The translations under genes and the position numbers were made by a program. A stretch of 64,000 nt of DNA from Spirochaetota bacterium (lineage in GTDB: Bacteria > Spirochaetota > Spirochaetia > DTKZ01), in NCBI GenBank assembly GCA_026418195.1, contig JAOABU010000097.1, forward strand, positions 3,997 to 67,996, written 5' to 3'. The notes under the pieces were generated by a model, which saw nothing but the letters and a program-made list of their open reading frames with translations, ran no database searches and was not told where the DNA came from. The number at the start of each line of letters is the position of its first letter. Position 1 is the first letter of the stretch. Below are positions 19,587 to 27,386 of this stretch, piece by piece.

Positions 19587-19595
19587 GGATAACGT

Positions 19596-20873
19596 ATGAA
19601 TACCTTATTCCTGTACCTATTTTTCTTTGGATTGTTTTTCATCGCGGGAGTTCCTATCGTTCTTTCTCTGTCGGTTGCCTCTTTGATCATGTTGATTGTA
19701 AGTGGTTTGGGACTATTGAGCTTCGCTCAAAAATTCATGGTTTCGATGGACAATTTCAATCTTACAGCGATGTTTTTTTTCATCTTCGCGGGTGAATTGA
19801 TGAACAATGGCGGTATGACGAGAAGAATAGTCTCGGCGGTCTCAAGGCTAGTAAAGGGAATACCCGGAGGTCTTCCCATAGTAGCCCTCATTTCATGTGC
19901 GTTTTTTGCAGCGATAAACGGTTCCGCCATCGCTACTTCCGTCGCTATAGGTTCGATCATGTATCCTGCCATGGTTAAACAGGGATATCCACCTGCCTTC
20001 TCTGCATCTGTAATAGCCGCAGGTGGTATTGTAGGCCCTATAATTCCACCTTCCATTCCTATGATCGTATATGGGGCAGCGACTGGTGATTCAATCGCTG
20101 CTTTATTTAGCGGAGGTATTCTATTAGGAATCCTGATCACAGTTGGTGAAGTGGTCGTCGCTTACTTTGTCTCCCGAAAGAAAGGATATGGTAGAAACAT
20201 CGAAACCTTGGATTTGGGTTCATCCAAGGGCATTATGTGGGCACTGATCTTCCCCATCATTATTTTCATAACAATCATAGGCGGTATCATGACGGCCACC
20301 GAGACTTCTGCATTGGCTGTCTTTTACGCTTTTTTCGTGGGTAAATTTATTTACAAGGAGTTGGAATTCAAGAAGATTCCCTTGATGATCTTGAATGCAA
20401 TGAAAGGTACGGGAGCCGTTATGGCAATCGTAGGAGCGGCCACAGCTGTTGGTTGGGTTTTGACTTTCCAGAGGGTACCTCAGCAGATAACGGAAGTGAT
20501 GGTTGCTTCAATCAAGAATCCTTCATTATTCATGCTTTTAAGTTTCGGAATACTTTTTATCGTAGGCATGATTATGGATTTGACGCCAGCAATTTTAATC
20601 CTGACTCCCATTTTTATGGGGCCAGTCAAGGCTTTTGGAATCGATCCTGTGTATTTTGGTGTATTTTTCTGTACCGTACTAACTGCAGGTCTTATTACCC
20701 CTCCGGTTGGAACGTTGATCTATCTGGGATGTTCTCAATCGAAAGCATCCTTTGGTGAGCTAGTCAGATGGTTAATTCCCTTCATCATCGTTGTGTATCT
20801 CGTACTGTTCTTTACGGTTCTATTCCCGGATCTACTTACTTTTTTGCCGAAACATGTATTTCATCTTTATTGA
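19596..20873 (+). CDS. TRAP transporter large permease (DctM family)
   Basis: 425 aa polytopic protein, collinear with the split copy at 16371-17647. Confidence 0.8.
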   Translation: MNTLFLYLFFFGLFFIAGVPIVLSLSVASLIMLIVSGLGLLSFAQKFMVSMDNFNLTAMFFFIFAGELMNNGGMTRRIVSAVSRLVKGIPGGLPIVALISCAFFAAINGSAIATSVAIGSIMYPAMVKQGYPPAFSASVIAAGGIVGPIIPPSIPMIVYGAATGDSIAALFSGGILLGILITVGEVVVAYFVSRKKGYGRNIETLDLGSSKGIMWALIFPIIIFITIIGGIMTATETSALAVFYAFFVGKFIYKELEFKKIPLMILNAMKGTGAVMAIVGAATAVGWVLTFQRVPQQITEVMVASIKNPSLFMLLSFGILFIVGMIMDLTPAILILTPIFMGPVKAFGIDPVYFGVFFCTVLTAGLITPPVGTLIYLGCSQSKASFGELVRWLIPFIIVVYLVLFFTVLFPDLLTFLPKHVFHLY

Positions 20874-20882
20874 GGACTTAGG

Positions 20883-22394
20883 ATGCGAATTATGGAAGCA
20901 AATGTATTAGCAGTAGATATAGGCACCTCATCCGTAAGAGCAATGCTATTTCGTACGGATGGCTCTATCGTTGCAAAAGAACAGGTTCCCTATGCAGTTG
21001 AAAGGCCGCGTCCAGGATTTGAAGAACAGGATCCTGAGCTCCTGAAACGGGAGACTGTTCGAGCCATTGGCGCATGCTTACAAAAGAATAAATCCGAAGC
21101 CAGCTCTGTGAAAGCTATATGTTTTTCTTCTCAGATGTATGGAATCTTCGCGTTAGACAATAACCATGTTCCATTATGCAACATTATCCTATGGTCCGAT
21201 AGCCGAGCGGAGAAACAAGCTAAATCGGTTAAGAAAAGTACAAACTCAGGGCCTTTTTATGATCACACAGGATGCCCGGCGAATTCCATCTATCCTGTGT
21301 ACAAGATTGCATGGCTCCGCGAAGAAGCGCCAAGTCTATTTAGGAAAGCAAGAAGGTTTGTTTCTATCAAGGAATATGTCCTGAATGAACTCACTGGGCA
21401 TTGGTTTGTAGATCATTCTCTCGCATCGGCTACTGGCTTATTCGACATACGTTCACTCAAATGGGATAGAGAGCCGTTGGAGTATGCAGGGGTGGTAGAG
21501 GAGATGCTTGCCCGTCCTGTGGCAGGGGAAATGTGCTTCCCCTTCACGAATGAAGTCCTACGTCGAGAATGGGGTTTGCCTCCGGATGTACAGGTATTCC
21601 CTGGAGGTGGAGATGGCCCTTTAGCGAATATCGGATCAGGAGCAGCGTTGCAAGGATGGGTGAATATTGATTTGGGAACTTCTGGAGCTGCCCGGGCGAC
21701 AATTCACGAACCTGCATTCGATGAAGAAGGATCCTTATGGTGCTATTGTATTACGAAGAACTTGTGGGCCTATGGGGGCATTTTAACAAATGTAGGGAAC
21801 GCATACCAATGGATGGGTACATCAGTGGGGTTTTTTAGAGAGAATCATTCTGAGACGCAATTGTTCGACGTTTTAAATAGGTACGCTGCGGAAGCAGAAC
21901 CAGGAAGTAACGGGTTGTTTTTTTTACCTTATCTGCGTAAGACTCGTTCTCCTTATTGGGACGACAGATTAAAAGGGGTTATTTATGGACTAAAAGCAGA
22001 ACATGATATCCGTCATATCACCCGCTCCTTACTAGAAGCCATAGCTTACGATATAGCTGTAATCATAGAAAAGATAAAAGCCAAAATTAAGGTGCAAACT
22101 CCAATTCTTCTTACAGGAGGGTTGTCAAGAAATCGGCTTATACCACAGATACTCGCGGATGTGCTGGATACACCGGTTAAGGTTCCACAAAACTCCGAAG
22201 GTTCAATAGCAGGCGCCGCAATCCTAGGATTTCATGGTATGGGAATTTTGAAGGATTATTTTTTCCCAAGCCCGAATCTTGAAACAGAAGAGGTGTTCGT
22301 ACCGGAGAAGTCTTCAGTTCTCACTTACAAAGAATGTAAGAGAAAATACAGTATGTTAGTTTCCATTCCTTGGGACAGGGAAGGTATTCCATGA
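20883..22394 (+). CDS. FGGY-family carbohydrate kinase, gluconokinase(GntK)-like
   Basis: VDIGTSSVRA N-terminus, IKEYV, DHSLASATG, GGGDGPLANIG, DLGTSGAAR. The pattern resembles Bacillus-type FGGY GntK (from memory). Confidence 0.7.
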   Translation: MRIMEANVLAVDIGTSSVRAMLFRTDGSIVAKEQVPYAVERPRPGFEEQDPELLKRETVRAIGACLQKNKSEASSVKAICFSSQMYGIFALDNNHVPLCNIILWSDSRAEKQAKSVKKSTNSGPFYDHTGCPANSIYPVYKIAWLREEAPSLFRKARRFVSIKEYVLNELTGHWFVDHSLASATGLFDIRSLKWDREPLEYAGVVEEMLARPVAGEMCFPFTNEVLRREWGLPPDVQVFPGGGDGPLANIGSGAALQGWVNIDLGTSGAARATIHEPAFDEEGSLWCYCITKNLWAYGGILTNVGNAYQWMGTSVGFFRENHSETQLFDVLNRYAAEAEPGSNGLFFLPYLRKTRSPYWDDRLKGVIYGLKAEHDIRHITRSLLEAIAYDIAVIIEKIKAKIKVQTPILLTGGLSRNRLIPQILADVLDTPVKVPQNSEGSIAGAAILGFHGMGILKDYFFPSPNLETEEVFVPEKSSVLTYKECKRKYSMLVSIPWDREGIP

Positions 22395-23410
22395 AGGTGC
22401 TAATAACTTCTAAATCGTTCGGGAAATACAGTTATAATGCCGTGCAGTTACTTAAAGATCATGGTATCCAGGTGATCAGAAGTGATGTTCCCAATCCCAC
22501 TGCAGCGGACATCATTAGACAAATTAAGGATTGTGAAGGCTTGATTGTAGGGAACGATACTGTCAATCGAGAAGTGATAGAAAGCGCACCCAAATTGAAA
22601 ATCATTCATATGCATGGGACTGGTGTAGATGCGATTGATGTGGATACTGCTACAAGTAGAGGAATCTGGGTTGCGAATGTACCAGGATTGAATAGCAATG
22701 CGGTAGCGGAATTGACACTTTGCTTCATGCTTGCTTTAGGAAGGAAACTGTTAAAACATGTAGAGGTAGTGAAGGAAGGAAAGTGGGAACGCGAAGCTGG
22801 TAAGGAGATAACAGGTTCCATAGTTGGGATTCTAGGGTTTGGAAACGTTGGTAGACGGATAGTTGAATTATTAAGGGGATTCCAAGCAACGATTATAGGA
22901 TATGACCCATGGGTAGATCTTGAGTGGGCGAAGAGGGAGAACATATCGCTTTGCTTAGACATGGAAGAAGTGTTTAAAAGAGCGGATTGGTTAATTCTTT
23001 CACTACCCTTGAACGCCTCTACAGAAAAGATTGTAAACCATCGTACCTTAAGCATTATGAAATCATCAGCCTACATTGTGAATACAGCCAGGGGTGGTCT
23101 GATTGATGAAGAAGCTTTGTTTCAAGCTTTGGAAAGTAAGCAGATTGCAGGAGCTGCTTTGGACGCATTCGCAAAAGAGCCTTTGCCTATGGATTCTATA
23201 CTTAAAGAAACAGATGCTTTACTTACCCCCCATATAGCTGCGTCAACAATAGAATCCATTGAGAGAGTATCAATGATGGTAGCTAAAAATGTAGTAGACG
23301 CTCTAATTCATGGGGTATGCGAAAGCGCAGTGAACAATTCAAGATTGGCAAAAGAATCGAGCTTTGAAAGCTCGAAGAAAAATAATACACAGGAGTATAA
23401 AAATGATTAA
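22391..23410 (+). CDS. D-isomer-specific 2-hydroxyacid dehydrogenase
   Basis: NAD fold GILGFGNVGRR, catalytic region NTARGGLIDE...TPHIAAST. ATGA overlap with the kinase gene. Confidence 0.8.
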   Translation: MKVLITSKSFGKYSYNAVQLLKDHGIQVIRSDVPNPTAADIIRQIKDCEGLIVGNDTVNREVIESAPKLKIIHMHGTGVDAIDVDTATSRGIWVANVPGLNSNAVAELTLCFMLALGRKLLKHVEVVKEGKWEREAGKEITGSIVGILGFGNVGRRIVELLRGFQATIIGYDPWVDLEWAKRENISLCLDMEEVFKRADWLILSLPLNASTEKIVNHRTLSIMKSSAYIVNTARGGLIDEEALFQALESKQIAGAALDAFAKEPLPMDSILKETDALLTPHIAASTIESIERVSMMVAKNVVDALIHGVCESAVNNSRLAKESSFESSKKNNTQEYKND

Positions 23411-24314
23411 AGGTTCTTTAGTCCCCAACATTACGATTTTTACAAGCAATGGAGAAATCGATGTTGAAAAAACAGCTTGGCATATGGATTGGATGTTAAG
23501 TAAGGGTGTTGATGGTTTATTCCTTACAGGTTCTTACGGAGCAGGTCCCCTTATGTCTGTTGAAGAGAGGATTGAAATCTTTAAGATTGCAAAAAAGGTA
23601 GCTTCAAAATACACCGGAAAGGTCCTAATCCCACATGTAGGTTGCATTGATACGAAAAGCACCATTCATCTAGCCCAGGCAGCAGAAAGATTGGGCGTAG
23701 ATGCTGTAGCATCTGTTCCACCTTTTTATTATAAGCATGAGGAAAATGTGGTCATTCAATTTTACAAAGACCTAATTGACTCGGTGAAAATTCCTGTATT
23801 CGCCTACAATAATCCAGAAACAAGTAGGTATACGTTCACTATAAAGGCAGTCAATACGCTAATGGAATACGGTATGGCAGGACTGAAAGATAGCCCATTA
23901 AATATAAGTTTCCTTTCCAGGCTTGCGTATGAAGTAGAAGAGAAAAAAAGAGATTTCCAAATTATACCAGGAACTTCTATGGGATGGCTGCCTCTATACT
24001 ATATGGGTGTTCGGGCAGTCATAGCAGGTATGAACAACTGGGCTCCTGAGATAATCACAGAACTTGTGCGGTCGACTTTCACGGGAGACTTTGATAGAGC
24101 AAGGAAAGTCTACATTGTCATGGCTGAGCTTTCGTCAAAAATGCACTTCACTGATTCAACACTAGTGAGTCATTTAGCTTTGCAAGCACGTGGGTATGAC
24201 GCGGGGTTCCCTCGTAAGCCGATGCTTATTCCGCCATCCTCCGATTCAAAGATTGAAGAAGTAAAAGAAATGCTGATGGGCGCGTTCAATACACTCGGTA
24301 TTCCATTAGAATAA
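23403..24314 (+). CDS. DHDPS/N-acetylneuraminate-lyase-family class I aldolase
   Basis: GLFLTGSYGAG, AYNNP (catalytic Tyr context) and GLKDS (Schiff-base Lys context). 8-nt overlap with the upstream gene. Confidence 0.75.
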   Translation: MIKGSLVPNITIFTSNGEIDVEKTAWHMDWMLSKGVDGLFLTGSYGAGPLMSVEERIEIFKIAKKVASKYTGKVLIPHVGCIDTKSTIHLAQAAERLGVDAVASVPPFYYKHEENVVIQFYKDLIDSVKIPVFAYNNPETSRYTFTIKAVNTLMEYGMAGLKDSPLNISFLSRLAYEVEEKKRDFQIIPGTSMGWLPLYYMGVRAVIAGMNNWAPEIITELVRSTFTGDFDRARKVYIVMAELSSKMHFTDSTLVSHLALQARGYDAGFPRKPMLIPPSSDSKIEEVKEMLMGAFNTLGIPLE

Positions 24315-24336
24315 TATCCGGTGATACACTGCATCT

Positions 24337-25176
24337 ATGGCGGAATTAGGGTTTATTGCCGACCAACTCCACCGATTGAGAAAGTCGGAGGTCAAAGTAG
24401 CAGAGTGGGTACTATCTTCTCCTGATGAAGTAATTCATTTTTCTGTAAGCGAACTAGCGGACCGAGTAGGTGTAAGCGAGCCGACGGTAATCCGATTCTG
24501 TCGAGGTCTCGGATTTAAAGGTTTTCAGGATTTCAAAATTCATTTAGCACAGACTTTAATTCCTTCCGCTAGAAGTATTCACGAAATAGTGAACGGAACA
24601 GAAGAACCGCCCGAACTTATCAAGAAAGTATTCGAAGCAAACATAAAGGCAATACAAAATACCCTCTCCACCTTGGACTACAGAAGCGTGGATACGGTAG
24701 TAAAAATACTTTCGAAATCTGAAAAGATTATTTTTTTTGGTTTAGGGGGTTCAGCCGTAGTTGCGATGGATGCGTATCACAAATTTTTTCGTATTGGAAT
24801 TCCCTGCGAATGGTTCAGCGATTCTCATATGGCTATAATGGCCTCTTCCATGATGCGAAAGAATCAAACTTTGATTGCTATATCCCATTCGGGATCTAGC
24901 AAAGACGTAGTGGAAACCATAGAGGAAGCAAAAAAAGCAGGAGCAGAAACCGTTGCAATAGTAAGTCAGAAAAAATCGCCAGTCACTAAGCTTGTCCACT
25001 ATGTGCTTTGTGTAGATTCACCCGAAACGAATTACAAGTTTGAACCCATGTCTTCCAGGATCGCCCAACTATCTGTTATCGATGTGCTTTCGGTAGGTGT
25101 GGCTTTTCTTCGGAGCGACGAGGTATTGGAGAATCTTGCTAAAAGCCGAAAAGCGCTGGTTGCAAAAAGGTATTAA
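24337..25176 (+). CDS. RpiR-family transcriptional regulator (HTH + SIS domain)
   Basis: N-terminal HTH (SELADRVGVSEPTVIRFCRGLGFKGFQDFK) and a SIS domain (FFGLGGSAVVA...ISHSGSSKD). Confidence 0.85.
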   Translation: MAELGFIADQLHRLRKSEVKVAEWVLSSPDEVIHFSVSELADRVGVSEPTVIRFCRGLGFKGFQDFKIHLAQTLIPSARSIHEIVNGTEEPPELIKKVFEANIKAIQNTLSTLDYRSVDTVVKILSKSEKIIFFGLGGSAVVAMDAYHKFFRIGIPCEWFSDSHMAIMASSMMRKNQTLIAISHSGSSKDVVETIEEAKKAGAETVAIVSQKKSPVTKLVHYVLCVDSPETNYKFEPMSSRIAQLSVIDVLSVGVAFLRSDEVLENLAKSRKALVAKRY

Positions 25177-25217
25177 TTCATATATTAATTCATAAAAAAT
25201 TCATAAAAGGAATTCAG
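25175..25217. repeat. four phased AATTCA(TA) repeats
   Basis: AATTCA begins at 25175, 25187, 25198 and 25211 (spacings 12, 11 and 13 nt), immediately after the rpiR stop codon. Confidence 0.9.
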
Positions 25218-25256
25218 TTGTAGTGTAGACGTACTTTACTACATTAGGAACAATCT

Positions 25257-25700
25257 ATGGAACGGAAACGAAAAATATTTTTACCCATTTTTTATTTTAT
25301 GGTGTTACTGGTAGGTAGCATAGGATCCATGGTGCGTGCGGAAGAGGCTACGATGAACATCCGAATCATCGTAGGGAATACCACTCTCAAAGCGAAGATG
25401 GTGGATAGCCCTACGACGAGAGATTTCCTTTCCCTTCTGCCGATAGAGGTTACCCTGGAAGATTACGCTCGGACTGAGAAGATCGCATACCTGCCCCGGA
25501 AGCTATCTACCGAAGGCGCTCCTGCAGGGATCGATCCTTCGATCGGTGACATCACTTACTATGCCCCCTGGGGAAACTTAGCCATATTCTATAACGATTT
25601 CGGCTATTCCCGTGGCCTGATCCTTCTGGGGCGGATCGAATCAGGGATAGAAGCTTTGCGGGTGGATGGTTTTGTACCGGTAAGGTTCGAGAGGGAATGA
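25257..25700 (+). CDS. secreted cyclophilin-like-fold protein (Cyclophil_like2-type)
   Basis: Signal peptide, then IRIIVGNTTLKAKMVDSPTTRDFLSLLP...GDITYYAPWGNLAIFY, recalled as typical of this small family. Confidence 0.55.
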   Translation: MERKRKIFLPIFYFMVLLVGSIGSMVRAEEATMNIRIIVGNTTLKAKMVDSPTTRDFLSLLPIEVTLEDYARTEKIAYLPRKLSTEGAPAGIDPSIGDITYYAPWGNLAIFYNDFGYSRGLILLGRIESGIEALRVDGFVPVRFERE

Positions 25701-25727
25701 TTGGAGGCGGGTTGAAATACGGTTTCA

Positions 25728-25766
25728 AGGTTTGATAAGAGCGCCTTGATCAAACCTCCCTTTTTT
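25728..25766 (+). terminator. Rho-independent terminator candidate
   Basis: AGGTTTGAT (25728-36), 12-nt loop, ATCAAACCT (25749-57), then CCC and T6 (25761-66). Confidence 0.5.
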
Positions 25767-25773
25767 CTATAAT
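25746..25773 (+). promoter_or_regulatory. sigma70-like promoter directly abutting the lysK start codon
   Basis: TTGATC, 16-nt spacer, TATAAT (25768-25773). The ATG at 25782 lies only 8 nt downstream and has no SD. Confidence 0.45.
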
Positions 25774-25781
25774 ACACTCCA

Positions 25782-27380
25782 ATGAATCACCTACAACCCA
25801 AAACTTCTCACTGGGCGGATGTGTATGCGGCCAAGGTCGTGCGTGAGAAGGGAGATAAAGATCTCTATACCTGTGCATCCGGGATTACCCCATCAGGAAC
25901 AGTCCATATAGGGAACTTCCGAGAAATCATTTCCGTGGAACTAGTTGTTCGTGCTTTGCGAGAGATAGGGAAAAAGGTCCGCTTTATCTATTCCTGGGAT
26001 GATTATGACGTCTTCCGAAAGGTCCCCAAGAACATGCCTCAGCAGGAAATGCTCCAAGCTCACCTGCGGTGGCCCATTACCCTGGTTCCCGATCCCTATG
26101 GAATAGAAGAGAGCTATGCCCGACATCACGAGGTGGCAGTGGAGCGTATCCTTCCTGTGGTAGGAATCCATCCTGAGTACCTCTATCAGGCCCAACGGTA
26201 CCGATCTTCCCTCTATGCAGAGCAGATCAAACGGGCTTTGCAAAAACGGGAGGAGATCCGCCGGATCCTCAATGCTCATCGTACCGAACCTTTAGCGCCA
26301 GACTGGTGGCCCATCTCCGTGTTCTGTGGGGGATGCAACCGGGACACGACGGATGTTCTTTCCTGGGATGGAGAGTATGGGGTTGAGTACTCTTGTTCCT
26401 CTTGCAGTAAACACGAAACCGTGGATCTCCGTACTACGGGTCTGGTTAAGCTTCTCTGGAGGGTCGACTGGCCCATGCGCTGGGCGTACGAGAAGGTGGA
26501 TTTCGAGCCTGCTGGAAAGGACCATCATACCGAAGGGGGATCCTTCGATACAGCTAGCCAGATCGTTCGGGAAGTGTACGACTGGGAGGCCCCCGTCAGT
26601 TTTCAGTACGACTTTATAAGCATAAAGGGAAGGGGAGGCAAGATCTCTTCCTCGTCGGGGGAAGTCATTTCCCTGGAAGACGTGCTGGCTGTGTATACCC
26701 CTGAAGTTACCCGGTACCTCTTCGCCGGTACGCGGCCCAACACGGAGTTTGCCATTTCCTTTGACCTGGATGTGATCAAGATCTACGAGGACTACGACCG
26801 GTGTGAACGGATTGCCTTTGGAGAAGAACCGGTTGATGAAAAGCGGCGCGAAAAGGAAAGGCGGATCTATGAGCTTTCTCAGGTGGGGGAAGTACCGACC
26901 CAGATGCCCTACCAGGTGCCCTTCCGTCATCTATGTAACCTTCTCCAGATCACGGGAGGGGACATCGAAAAAACCCTCGACATGCTTCCGGATATGAAAC
27001 CGGAAGATAAGGATCGAATGAGGGTCCGGGCCCGGTGCGCCTGGACCTGGATCACTACCTTTGCCCCAGAAGATTTTCGGTTCTCCCTCCGCAGGCCAGA
27101 AGAGGGTCCCATACCCCTTTCTGCTGAATCGAAGCGAGCTGTGCAAGTCTTTCGTGCCCTTTTAGAGGAGAGGATGGGTGCATCCGCAGGTACTGCGTTG
27201 GACGAAAAAACTCTGGCCGAAGAGATCTACCGTATCTGTACCGAATCCGGTGTGGATCCCAAGCAGTTCTTCTTGGATATGTACCGGATCCTCATTGGGA
27301 AGGATCGGGGACCCCGACTAGCAGGGTTCATCCTCACCATTGGGAAGGATCGGGTACTTCCCCTTCTATCCGGGTACTGA
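25782..27380 (+). CDS. lysK: lysine--tRNA ligase, class I
   Basis: HWADVYA N-terminus, HIGN (HIGH-type) motif in ITPSGTVHIGNFRE, KISSSSG (KMSKS-type). The 532 aa length is typical of archaeal/spirochaetal class I LysRS. Confidence 0.85.
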   Translation: MNHLQPKTSHWADVYAAKVVREKGDKDLYTCASGITPSGTVHIGNFREIISVELVVRALREIGKKVRFIYSWDDYDVFRKVPKNMPQQEMLQAHLRWPITLVPDPYGIEESYARHHEVAVERILPVVGIHPEYLYQAQRYRSSLYAEQIKRALQKREEIRRILNAHRTEPLAPDWWPISVFCGGCNRDTTDVLSWDGEYGVEYSCSSCSKHETVDLRTTGLVKLLWRVDWPMRWAYEKVDFEPAGKDHHTEGGSFDTASQIVREVYDWEAPVSFQYDFISIKGRGGKISSSSGEVISLEDVLAVYTPEVTRYLFAGTRPNTEFAISFDLDVIKIYEDYDRCERIAFGEEPVDEKRREKERRIYELSQVGEVPTQMPYQVPFRHLCNLLQITGGDIEKTLDMLPDMKPEDKDRMRVRARCAWTWITTFAPEDFRFSLRRPEEGPIPLSAESKRAVQVFRALLEERMGASAGTALDEKTLAEEIYRICTESGVDPKQFFLDMYRILIGKDRGPRLAGFILTIGKDRVLPLLSGY

Positions 27381-27386
27381 GAGAGG

